From a virus (Duplodnaviria; Heunggongvirae; Uroviricota; Caudoviricetes), in the IMG/VR virus record IMGVR_UViG_3300031998_000001, positions 301,064 to 365,063 of that record: a DNA stretch of 64,000 nt; one strand, given 5' to 3'. Within the stretch, counting starts at the first letter, position 1; every line of letters begins with the position of its first letter. The translations under genes and the position numbers were made by a program. Positions 1 to 8,633 of the stretch are shown one piece after another. The notes beneath the pieces are model-generated. The model worked only from the letters and a program-made list of their open reading frames with translations, was not told the DNA's origin and did not search any database.

Positions 1-405
1 AGGTCGCACAACAGGGAACTGTTCTTTGCCCTTGCGGTCAAGATGCTTGCCGTGGCGAAGATGAGAGGTTTAAGGCTCATTATGGAAAACCCGTGGGCTG
101 AACAGACATTCCTCAAGGCTAACTTCGTGATGCCCCCTACGCTTGTCGATATGGACAGGAGCAAGAGGGGGGACTACTTCACCAAGCCTACGGCATACTG
201 GTACATAAACTGCGAGCCGACGCACGGCATATCATACCAGAAGTCAAAGATACACAAGACGCACGACAGCACGAGGGGCAGCGGAACTGCTGGGATATGC
301 TCGGAGGAGCGGTCTATGATTAGCCCAGACTACGCCCGCAACTTCATCTGCGACTTCGTGCTCGGCATAAAGCAGAAGGGAATATCATTCGACAGACTGT
401 TTTAA
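1..405 (+). CDS. 5'-truncated phage protein, possibly DNA cytosine methyltransferase-like
   Basis: Open frame from base 1. ENPW (ENV/ENP-like motif), KPTAYW and C-terminal ERSMISP resemble phage C5-MTase-like proteins. Confidence 0.45.
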   Translation, partial: RSHNRELFFALAVKMLAVAKMRGLRLIMENPWAEQTFLKANFVMPPTLVDMDRSKRGDYFTKPTAYWYINCEPTHGISYQKSKIHKTHDSTRGSGTAGICSEERSMISPDYARNFICDFVLGIKQKGISFDRLF

Positions 406-416
406 AGACAAGATAT

Positions 417-1601
417 ATGGAAAACAATATCACACCAATCGAAACAAAATTCTGGAAGCCGTCGGTGACTTCGCAGTTCAGGATATGCCCAGTGCCGTTC
501 CACTTCGACACATACAGGGGATGCCAGTACGGTTGCCTGTACTGCTTTGCACGCGACTTCATCCAGTTCACAAGGAGAAACAGGGAAGGAAGCGAGCAAC
601 ATCAGGCGTTCCTCGAAGGCAACTTCCCGAAAGGACTTGAACGATGGATAGAAAGGACGATGGATTCCGACTACAACTACGACAGGGCGGAGGAAGTGGC
701 GTTCAAGGAAAGGATACCAGTGAAGATAGGCGCGACGGCAGACCCGTTCCCGCTGATAGAAAAGACAGCCCTCATAACGCACGACTGCCTGCGGGCATTC
801 GACAAGTACGACTACCCAGTCCAGATTTCAACGAAGAACCCAGAGGTGTTCCTCGAATACGCAAGCGAGTTCGTCAACTCCAACATAGCACTGAATGTAA
901 GTTGCAGTTTCTGTGACGATGACATTGCAAGGAAGATAGAAACTGGTGCAATATCACCGACAAGAAGATTCGAGGCTATAAGGAAACTCTCCGAAATGGG
1001 CTTCAGGATTACGGTCAGGATACAGCCGTTCATACTTCCGTATTCGAGCGATGTCGCCGAACGCTTCATAAGCACGCTGAAAGACTGCGGTGCGTGGGGA
1101 TTCCAGACGGAAGGCTTGAAGATAAGGGTAGTTCTTCCAGACAACGAACACCTCCTCTACGAGAAGATAGGTGATACGCTCGGCTTCGACATCATAGGCG
1201 ACTTCAAGGCAAAGGGGACGAAGGAAAGCGGCGACAGGGTTTACTGCGAGGACGACAAGCGGGCTATGCTCGCCAGATACACCGAACTGTCTAAAAAGTT
1301 CGGGATAAAGTTCTTTAACGCCGACAACCTCATCGACAAGGCATACGGAGACGGATGCGAATGCTGTGGCACGGAATTTTTGAGAGACCACAAGATATGG
1401 GGCGGAAGTTCGCGGGCGAGGATTATGGGCTATGACGAAAGTATGAACTCGGAGGAACTCGGCAAATGTCTCATCAACTTCACGCGGTCGCAGGCGAACG
1501 CAAGGAATACCATAAGGGAAGCAAGCGACGAATACTTCAGGCAGGAATTGAAGAGGCAGTGGAACGAAAACTTTGAACGGAACAGCAAGAAACTTTTTTA
1601 A
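417..1601 (+). CDS. Radical SAM protein (spore photoproduct lyase-like family)
   Basis: DTYRGCQYGCLYC gives CxxxCxxC; also GATADPF, ISTKNP and a C-terminal CECCG. Confidence 0.85.
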   Translation: MENNITPIETKFWKPSVTSQFRICPVPFHFDTYRGCQYGCLYCFARDFIQFTRRNREGSEQHQAFLEGNFPKGLERWIERTMDSDYNYDRAEEVAFKERIPVKIGATADPFPLIEKTALITHDCLRAFDKYDYPVQISTKNPEVFLEYASEFVNSNIALNVSCSFCDDDIARKIETGAISPTRRFEAIRKLSEMGFRITVRIQPFILPYSSDVAERFISTLKDCGAWGFQTEGLKIRVVLPDNEHLLYEKIGDTLGFDIIGDFKAKGTKESGDRVYCEDDKRAMLARYTELSKKFGIKFFNADNLIDKAYGDGCECCGTEFLRDHKIWGGSSRARIMGYDESMNSEELGKCLINFTRSQANARNTIREASDEYFRQELKRQWNENFERNSKKLF

Positions 1602-1617
1602 CACAGGAGAAGCAAGT

Positions 1618-2202
1618 ATGAGTACAAATGCAAAGGAACTGCTCGGAAACTTCATAAAGGAGGCGGAGGACGAGGCGAAACTGCAAACCGAACTCGAAGC
1701 CGAATGGAACGAATACGAAAGCAGGAAGCAGGAGGGTGCATACGACTTGGTGAAGCGTATGTTTACAAACAGCGATGAGGTGTGGTACGACATCACGGAC
1801 TACGAGAAAACAAAGCAGTCGTTTATGATAAACCGCATATTCTCAATCCAGTACCCCGTAAGCGCAAACAATATGAACGCACTAAAGGCTAACCCTCTCG
1901 GCATAGTGGAAACTTGGCGACGGGTGGCACGGGCTTGGAAGAGAACTCCGCAATGGGTGTTTACAAAGGCGGAGAAAGCGGAGGCGACCAACCCGCTTAA
2001 AAAATTCAGCGAGGAAACGCTCCGATACTATATGACGGAACACTGGTGCGGGGAAAGGGAAATGCTCGAACAGTACAACCTTAACGGTGACGAGTTCCTT
2101 GAAGAACTCAAATATATCGAGGATTATGTTACGGGCAACAAGAGTGCCATAAAGGAAAAGAAACTGAAAAGGAGGAAAGGGAAGAACAATGGACATAACT
2201 GA
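1618..2202 (+). CDS. Hypothetical protein, possibly clamp-loader small subunit (T4 gp62-like)
   Basis: FMINRIFS...ANNMN...WVFTK resembles gp62 homologs; start moved to the ATG at 1618. Confidence 0.4.
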   Translation: MSTNAKELLGNFIKEAEDEAKLQTELEAEWNEYESRKQEGAYDLVKRMFTNSDEVWYDITDYEKTKQSFMINRIFSIQYPVSANNMNALKANPLGIVETWRRVARAWKRTPQWVFTKAEKAEATNPLKKFSEETLRYYMTEHWCGEREMLEQYNLNGDEFLEELKYIEDYVTGNKSAIKEKKLKRRKGKNNGHN

Positions 2203-2866
2203 AATCAACAGTTCGATATGCTCGCTCGTACACGACATAGAGATACCGCTCGATGTGAAAGGTTCTATGGCGGACGCGGAAATGTACAGGCTCACAAGGG
2301 ACGAGGCGGTGACTATGTTCTCGCCAGAATACCTCAAGTTCCTGCTTGCCGACAGGAGAAGGGTGCTCTATGCGGTGGCTGTGAAACACAACAAGGACGG
2401 GGAACTTTTCTGCCTTGACGACAACATATACAGGGCTTTCAACTTCGTGGAGATTGCGCTCGCGCTCGATGTGTTCCCGAACCTTAACTCCGTGTCGTTC
2501 ACCACGACACCTCTCCCAGAGAACACGGACAGCATACTTACATTCACGGACGATGCCAATCCCGCACTCAACGCGAAGGTCGGAGTGTCCGCGCTCGGCA
2601 TAAGGCTTCGCGACTGGTTTGACGAAAAGGCGACGGACGAAATCAACAGGCAGGTATTCATACACAACGACAAGTTCAACAACGCGATGACGAAGGACAA
2701 CCTCATACTCATCAACCAGTTCGGAAGCCTGCTCGACATTTGTGCAAGCGCATACGCCTCTCTCGGCAGGAACACCGAGAACAGCACTATGCCCCTGTTC
2801 GACACCGTGCCGAAGGCTCTCGCCAGCACACCGACATTCATATTCACGGACTTCCTCGAAATATAG
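2189..2866 (+). CDS. Hypothetical protein
   Basis: 225-aa ORF in operon with phage-like codon usage. Confidence 0.7.
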   Translation: MDITEINSSICSLVHDIEIPLDVKGSMADAEMYRLTRDEAVTMFSPEYLKFLLADRRRVLYAVAVKHNKDGELFCLDDNIYRAFNFVEIALALDVFPNLNSVSFTTTPLPENTDSILTFTDDANPALNAKVGVSALGIRLRDWFDEKATDEINRQVFIHNDKFNNAMTKDNLILINQFGSLLDICASAYASLGRNTENSTMPLFDTVPKALASTPTFIFTDFLEI

Positions 2867-2892
2867 CAATAAATAGCCAATATATAAGCAAG

Positions 2893-4422
2893 ATGATAAC
2901 GGTCGAAATAGGAGAAAACAAGAAGCGTATGCTCATAACCAACTGCACGGAAAGCGAGTACAACCAGTTGAAGATGGACTATACGCGCAAGGCGGAAGGA
3001 TACAAGTTCAGCCCCCTCTACAAGAAGAAGATATGGGACGGCAACATAGAGTTCATATCTGGGGCAAGCCTCCCGATAGGGAGTTACGAATACCTGCGCT
3101 CGATATGCGAGAAGCACAAGTTTGAATTGAAGTTGAACGGGGTGGAGAACCTCTGGGACAACGAGATAACGCTCGAAAGTTTCAGGGCTTGGTGCGAAAG
3201 GTTCTTCGCGGACGGGATTATGCCCCGCGACTACCAGATTGAGGCAGCCTTCAACATATTGAAGTACAGGCTCTCGATAAGCGAACTCACCACTGGTGGC
3301 GGAAAGACGCTCGTGTGCTTTATGGTATTTGCGTACCTGTTCGATACGAAGAAGGTCAGCGGGAAAGTCCTTATGATAGTGCCGTCCGTGCAACTCGTGC
3401 TACAGGGCATAAAGGACTTCAAGGAATACAACAGCGAGAAACTCCCGATAAAGGTCGGGGGAGTGTGCGGAGGTCAGAAACTCAAGGGGGACGAGAACAT
3501 AATAATCGGCACATACCAGTCGCTCGTCATCAAGGTCAACGAAGGCTCTGACCTGTTCGGGAAAACCTCGATAGTGGTCGTGGACGAAACCCACAAGTTG
3601 CCAGCGAAGAGCATAAAGACCGTTATGGAGCAACTGTGGCACTGCGACTACCGATTCGGCGTGACGGGAACTCTCCCGAAGGAAAAGTCGGCGGAGTATC
3701 TAACCCTGCTCGAATACTTGGGTCCGAAAGTGACGGACATAAAGGCGAAGCAGTTGCAGGAACTCGGCTACATATCGTCCTGCAAGATAACCCAACTCAC
3801 GCTCGACTACGCGACGGACGAGGCGAAGGCGAACCTCGGCAACGCGATAAAGTACCTGCGCGGGGTAAAGAAGGGTGCGGAGGCACTCGCGCTCGAACGC
3901 AACTTCGTCATAGAAAACGAAAAGCGTTTCAACTTCATAATGAAACTCATAGGGAAATGCACGAAGAATACGCTCGTGCTGTTCCACCACATCGAATACG
4001 GCAAGCGGATGTACGAGAGGCTCAAGGATATTATGCCCGAAAGGAACATATACTACATAGACGGTGCGACCGCAAAGGAGACGAGGGAGAAAATCATAGC
4101 CGAGATGAACAGGGCTAACGACGGCTCTCTGCTCGTCGCGTCATACCAGACATTGAGCACTGGCGTATCGTGCAACCAGATTTCCAATGTGATGTTCACC
4201 GAGAGTTACAAGAGCCTCTTTATGGTAATCCAGTCCATAGGTCGTGCATTGAGGTTGAAGGACAAGGAGGATGCCGAAAAGAACAAGGCTACAATCATAG
4301 ACATAGTGGACGACCTGCGCTACGGCTCTGTGTCCAACTACACCTATGTCCACGCGATTGAGAGGAGAAGGCTCTACAAGCAGTACGAGTATCCGTTCAC
4401 GGTAAAGAACATAAAGTTCTGA
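2893..4422 (+). CDS. uvsW: UvsW-like SF2 DNA helicase
   Basis: YKFSPLYKKKIWDG, PRDYQ, TTGGGKT, VDETH, GVTGT, STGVS and QSIGRALR motifs. Confidence 0.9.
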   Translation: MITVEIGENKKRMLITNCTESEYNQLKMDYTRKAEGYKFSPLYKKKIWDGNIEFISGASLPIGSYEYLRSICEKHKFELKLNGVENLWDNEITLESFRAWCERFFADGIMPRDYQIEAAFNILKYRLSISELTTGGGKTLVCFMVFAYLFDTKKVSGKVLMIVPSVQLVLQGIKDFKEYNSEKLPIKVGGVCGGQKLKGDENIIIGTYQSLVIKVNEGSDLFGKTSIVVVDETHKLPAKSIKTVMEQLWHCDYRFGVTGTLPKEKSAEYLTLLEYLGPKVTDIKAKQLQELGYISSCKITQLTLDYATDEAKANLGNAIKYLRGVKKGAEALALERNFVIENEKRFNFIMKLIGKCTKNTLVLFHHIEYGKRMYERLKDIMPERNIYYIDGATAKETREKIIAEMNRANDGSLLVASYQTLSTGVSCNQISNVMFTESYKSLFMVIQSIGRALRLKDKEDAEKNKATIIDIVDDLRYGSVSNYTYVHAIERRRLYKQYEYPFTVKNIKF

Positions 4423-4459
4423 TGCCACACAATATATAAATAAGTTATATATAAGCGAA

Positions 4460-4690
4460 ATGAAAGCGAGAAAAAAGGAAATATCACTTCCGCTGTGCTA
4501 CCTGAACATCAGCGAAGCGGAGCAGAAGAAGGCGCAGAAATTCATCAGGGAGCGGATGAAATCCGAGGGAATTTCGCTCCAAGACTTCTCGTTTTCGTTC
4601 GACGACACTTCGGGAATAGGCGTGGGAATATCCATTACATTCACGAAAACAGGTGAAACACAGGACATTACGGACTACGGAAGGTGGTAG
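4460..4690 (+). CDS. Small hypothetical protein
   Basis: 76-aa ORF downstream of TATAAATA at 4435. Confidence 0.6.
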   Translation: MKARKKEISLPLCYLNISEAEQKKAQKFIRERMKSEGISLQDFSFSFDDTSGIGVGISITFTKTGETQDITDYGRW

Positions 4691-4711
4691 TGAAAAAAAA
4701 TGAAAATTTTT

Positions 4712-4740
4712 CTGAACTTTATTGGGAAACCCAATATATT
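4712..4740 (+). promoter_or_regulatory. Phage promoter (CTGAAC-N15-AATATATT) at the head of the tRNA/CRISPR island
   Basis: Same motif and spacing as the copies at 11194, 20995, 23374, 25694, 49570 and 51739. Confidence 0.6.
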
Positions 4741-4920
4741 AGTAGTGAAGAAAGATTGGTCGGAACGACAAGCCAAGCAAAGCACAAGAGGTGAAATCGG
4801 GAAGCCAGTCCGAAATCGACAGAAGGTCTTTGAAATGTTGACACAGCCCAAAAATACAGGAAACCGCTTCGGAGCGCAAAGTGCTTCAACGGGTGCAACG
4901 GAGAGGCTTCCTTTAGACAA

Positions 4921-5025
4921 GTACGGGTGGCAGAGTGGCTGATTGCGCCGCTCTTTGCTCGCCGAAAGGCAAGCGGGGGCGGTATGGGCGCAAGCCCATC
5001 GGAGGTTCAAATCCTTCTCCGTGCT
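4921..5025 (+). ncRNA. tRNA-like RNA (type II body) with the anticodon arm replaced by a long GAAA-capped hairpin
   Basis: Acceptor GTACGGG/TCCGTGC, D arm GCAGAGTGGCTGATTGC, variable arm ATGGGC-GCAA-GCCCAT, T arm GGAGG-TTCAAAT-CCTTC; no 7-nt anticodon loop. Confidence 0.75.
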
Positions 5026-5093
5026 CACTTTTTCAATTTTTCATTTTTTTCATTTTTTCATAGATTGGTTTTATTTTGTGAAGGGCGTATCAA

Positions 5094-5337
5094 ACGGTTC
5101 AATAAAATTTAATAGATTTTATAAACAACCAATAAACCCAACAACGCCTATTGCATTATGGTTGCCTTAAACCATAAGCGTATAAATAATAAGGCGAACG
5201 AACAATAGGCAGCCGTACTGCCGAATTTAAGCCTGTGGACTGCCCGACTATGGATGACCGTTCAGCAATGAACCTAAAAAGTAGTGGCAGGATGAAGCAG
5301 GAAGGAGAAACTGATTTATTAGGTTTTTCCATACGGT
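5094..5337 (+). mobile_element. Non-autonomous IS607/TnpB-type element carrying omegaRNA-like copy 1 (5205-5337)
   Basis: ACGGT at both ends. It splits the inverted repeat AAGGGCGTATC (5081) / GATACGCCCTT (5341). The right part is shared with three other copies. Confidence 0.55.
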
Positions 5338-5358
5338 AGCGATACGCCCTTTAAAGGA

Positions 5359-5440
5359 GGGAGAGTCGCGTAGTGGCAATCGCACCTGACTGTAAATCAG
5401 GCGGGGCAACCCTTCGGAGGTTCGAGTCCTCCCTCTCCCA
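5359..5440 (+). tRNA. tRNA-Tyr(GTA)
   Basis: Cloverleaf with anticodon loop CTGTAAA and a long variable arm. Confidence 0.93.
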
Positions 5441-5575
5441 CGATTTGATTTTGTTTTGTGTGTAGAGGTGCTGTCGGACGACGACATTGCTCGCACAGCA
5501 CCTTTTTGGTTTTTAGGATTATATTTTTCATTTTATATTATTTTTTAATCTTCACACCTGTCGTTCCGACAGGTG

Positions 5576-5665
5576 GTCATCTTCTTCCAACGGCAGGAAA
5601 CCACCCCCGATGCCGAGCAGTCGGATAAAGGGGAGGAAATGCGGGTTCGATTCCCGCAGGTGGCA
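5576..5665 (+). ncRNA. tRNA-Glu-like RNA with an expanded anticodon arm
   Basis: Acceptor GTCATCT/AGGTGGC, D arm TTCC-AACGGCA-GGAA, T arm identical to tRNA-Glu at 9761; ~22-nt structured insert in place of the anticodon loop. Confidence 0.7.
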
Positions 5666-5695
5666 CAAACTTTTTAGATGTCAAGTAGGAGTATA

Positions 5696-5985
5696 ACGGG
5701 CTATGGTGAATTGCACTGAATCAAGAAAGCATAAAAAATCCAACAACAATGTCAAATAACAGGGTGTCTGCCTCTTAAAAGTTTCTTGAGCCGAAGGACA
5801 CCGTATGCGATGAAACCGTACGCCCAATGTACTCTGAAACTCGTCAAGTCAAACGCAAACGGGCTGGCAGGGCGGTGAGATGCACTGAATCAAGAAAAGA
5901 ATAATGGTACATACAGCAAGGGTGTCTGCCTCTTTAAAAGTTTTCTTGAGCCGAAGGACACCGAAGGCATCGAACCGCAAGCCTT
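5696..5985 (+). repeat. Tandem duplication of a ~130-nt pseudoknotted RNA motif (cores 5705-5803 and 5874-5963)
   Basis: Both copies read GGTGA..TGCACTGAATCAAGAAA-(variable)-AGGGTGTCTGCCTCT..AAAAG-TTTCTTGAGCCGAAGGACACCG. Confidence 0.8.
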
Positions 5986-6162
5986 ATCCGTAACACCAAG
6001 CACCCCCCTCACACCAGATTTCCGAAGTTACAAATTCGCTGTCTGGACGCGGTGGTGCGAAAAGTCAAGCGCAAAGTACAAGCGTGTACCAGTGGAACTC
6101 TGGCGTTCCGCAGAAATGCGGGGAATAAGCAAAGGCGGTACGATAACCCGCCCAACCCACCA

Positions 6163-6239
6163 CGCACCGTAGCATAATACTGGCAGTGCAAGGACGCTAA
6201 ACCCGTCCTGAAGTCCTCGTTCGAGTCGGGGCGGTGCGG
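6163..6239 (+). tRNA. Atypical tRNA (6-bp anticodon stem, loop CTAAACC, nominal AAA anticodon)
   Basis: Acceptor CGCACCG/CGGTGCG and T arm CCTCG-TTCGAGT-CGGGG; identity uncertain. Confidence 0.6.
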
Positions 6240-6245
6240 CAATAT

Positions 6246-6321
6246 TGCGGGGTAGAGCAGTTGGTAGTTCGTCAGGCTCATAACCTGAAGGTCGGCGGTT
6301 CGAGTCCGCCCCCCGCTACCA
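6246..6321 (+). tRNA. tRNA-Met(CAT), initiator-like
   Basis: Loop CTCATAA, 1:72 mismatch, encoded CCA. Confidence 0.9.
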
Positions 6322-6585
6322 TCTTATAACATTTTGGTAGAAAACCACCCAGACACGAAGAGTTAAATACCCGTGGAAGTCGGGCGCGTGTCGCCAGCAA
6401 CGGCACGCGGAGCGGGTGGTTATTAAAGAGCGCAACCGTTTTTAATTTCATAAAATTTCCGCCACCCTACGGGTTATCGTGGCGGTTTTTACACAAACGC
6501 ACATTGCCGACAACAGGTTTCGGACAAAATTTCCGAAGCGGAAGGCAATGTCGGAAACTGGATATAAGCAAATTACACATATCGT

Positions 6586-7146
6586 ATTGTTGTGGCATAC
6601 CGTATTACGGGTGCTGACAACTTTGCAGCGTGGAGGTGCAAGGCACTGGAAATTGTTGTGGCATACCGTATTACGGGTGCTGACAACTTCGGAGACAGCC
6701 ATTCGCAGATACCGTAATTGTTGTGGCATACCGTATTACGGGTGCTGACAACATATTATACAATTTCAATATATTGTGAATTATTGTTGTGGCATACCGT
6801 ATTACGGGTGCTGACAACACTCCCTGCTCACCACATACGAACATTACGATTGTTGTGGCATACCGTATTACGGGTGCTGACAACCATCAATGAATTGCTG
6901 AAAGTCTATTGTTTATTGTTGTGGCATACCGTATTACGGGTGCTGACAACTGCAAGAGCGACAAGTGGAATGATGAAATTGTTGTGGCATACCGCAGGGC
7001 GGATGCCGACAACTACCATAGGCGAGCAAATCTGGAAGTTATGGATTGTTGTGGCATACCGTATTACGGGTGCTGACAACATATACCTTTGCCGCTCGTT
7101 CAACAGTCAAATTGTTGTGGCATACCGTATTACGAGTACTGACAAC
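6586..7146 (+). CRISPR. CRISPR array 1: 9 repeats (36 bp ATTGTTGTGGCATACCGTATTACGGGTGCTGACAAC) and 8 spacers of 27-31 bp
   Basis: Repeats start at 6586, 6652, 6717, 6783, 6849, 6915, 6978 (variant), 7045 and 7111; the ends match the Cas-lambda repeat style ATTGTTGT...ACAAC. Confidence 0.98.
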
Positions 7147-7433
7147 CGAGGTGAAACGATATATCCTCGCGGGGCATCTGGGTCGAGCCGACTTGTTCGG
7201 CTTAACGAGAACGGCAGACAGCGTTCCAGCCCCGAAATCTCCCGATAGGGGGAAGCGCGTTGTGCGCAAACCATAAGACAGGTCTGCTCCCCAATCTGGA
7301 AAGGGGCTTTAAACGGAGACCAGCATCAGACGGACGGTAGGGCATCTGGTGAAACTTACAGCACGCCCCCAATTCGCAGGGGGAACTTTGCCATCGGCTC
7401 GCTGTGGTCGCGGTGCTCCGATTATCTACAAGT

Positions 7434-7469
7434 ATTGTTGTGGCATACCGTATCACGGGTGCTGACAAC
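7434..7469 (+). CRISPR. Orphan CRISPR repeat
   Basis: One mismatch to the consensus (TATCACGG), 287 bp after array 1. Confidence 0.9.
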
Positions 7470-7620
7470 TTACTTACGACCAAGGTCGATGTTGCCTTTC
7501 TTAAACCCGATTGCTTCGGGGAGTTGCCGTGAATAATGCAGTGGCTATGTTTCCGCAAAACGCACGGCGAGCCAAGAAATCAGTGGGATGGCAACACTCG
7601 CCTTAAATTATGAAAGCATA

Positions 7621-7694
7621 CTTCCCGTAGCCCAACTGGATAGAGCGTCTGCCCCCGGAGCAGAAGGCTGATGGTTCGAGTCCATTCGGGAAGA
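7621..7694 (+). tRNA. tRNA-Arg(CCG)
   Basis: Cloverleaf with loop CCCCGGA (C33 is atypical). Confidence 0.85.
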
Positions 7695-7736
7695 CACAGG
7701 CACGAAAGAACAATAACATAATATAACTTTTTGAAT

Positions 7737-7949
7737 ATGAACTGGAAGAAATGGACAGCAATCGGCATCACCGTAGCGGTGGTCGCAACAGGCATAATCC
7801 TTCACCTCGTACAGCCGACAATAAGTTTCGCTTGGACTGAACTTATGTGCGCCTGCGCATTCATAGCGGGTGGCGTATCGGGCTATCTCATCAAGGGCAA
7901 GATGCCAAATGACGGGAACAAGTACCAGTCGGTAGAGGGAAAGGAATAG
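7737..7949 (+). CDS. Small two-TM membrane protein inside the tRNA cluster
   Basis: Two hydrophobic segments and a basic N-terminus. Confidence 0.65.
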   Translation: MNWKKWTAIGITVAVVATGIILHLVQPTISFAWTELMCACAFIAGGVSGYLIKGKMPNDGNKYQSVEGKE

Positions 7950-8010
7950 GACAAAAAAAAAAGGACACCACCTCTGCGCATCGGGCGCGGAGGTCGGGTG
8001 TGCATATAAC

Positions 8011-8084
8011 GGTGTCTGTGGCGCAACTGGTAGCGCAGTGGATTGTGGTTCCAAAGGTTGCGAGTTCGAGCCTCGCCAGACACC
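8011..8084 (+). tRNA. tRNA-His(GTG)
   Basis: G-1/C73 pair, loop TTGTGGT. Confidence 0.93.
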
Positions 8085-8095
8085 CATTATCACAC

Positions 8096-8224
8096 GGAAG
8101 CATTGGATGGAAGTGCAAGTACCTACTGGGAACTTCCTGAAAGCGCAAGCAAAGTCGAGGTCTAACGGTACTTATGACCGAGGTAATGGCGGGGCGTTGG
8201 TTCGAGTCCAACACAATGTTTCCA
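8096..8224 (+). ncRNA. tRNA-like structured RNA (10-bp terminal stem plus T arm)
   Basis: GGAAGCATTG/CAATGTTTCC and GTTGG-TTCGAGT-CCAAC. Confidence 0.5.
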
Positions 8225-8231
8225 TTTACAC

Positions 8232-8318
8232 GGAGAGTTGCAGGAGTGGTAACTGGTCAGATTGCTAATCTGAAGCCCGCCTCTGGCGGCAGGGGTCCGA
8301 ATCCCTTACTCTCCGCCA
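8232..8318 (+). tRNA. tRNA-Ser(GCT)
   Basis: Loop TTGCTAA, long variable arm, GCCA end. Confidence 0.9.
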
Positions 8319-8485
8319 AGCAACATATTGTCGGGTAGTCGCGAATATCTTGGCGGTATGGTCGGAAAGAAGTGAATGCGATGCGATTGCGCAAGACCAT
8401 TGCGTTTAGAGTTCAAATCTCCTCTATGGTCTAACAAGGTCATATAGTTTAGTCTGGTTAAAACATTCTGACGCTTTTTTAAATC

Positions 8486-8557
8486 GCGGGAGTAGTTCAG
8501 TGGTAGAACATCGGCTTCCCAAGCCGAGGGTCGCGGGTTCGAGTCCCGTTTCCCGCT
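8486..8557 (+). tRNA. tRNA-Gly(CCC)
   Basis: Loop TTCCCAA, canonical cloverleaf. Confidence 0.93.
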
Positions 8558-8633
8558 CAACACATAGGCTGTGGACAAGGTGGGCGAAAGTATTTTTTCC
8601 ATAGTTTTACACCAACGCCCGCCTTTTCCTAAA

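Noticed and set aside
5209-5222. Similarity of omegaRNA GGCAGCCGTA to the CRISPR repeat GGCATACCGTA (tracrRNA-like link)
   Set aside because: The match is too short, same-sense rather than antisense, and Cas-lambda needs no tracrRNA
6343-6421. Twister ribozyme
   Set aside because: The P4-like loop is suggestive, but the L1 UAA and the pseudoknot pairings are missing
6479-7276. ORFs with repeated LLWHTVLRVLTT / LSAPVIRYATT peptides
   Set aside because: Translation artefacts of the CRISPR repeats
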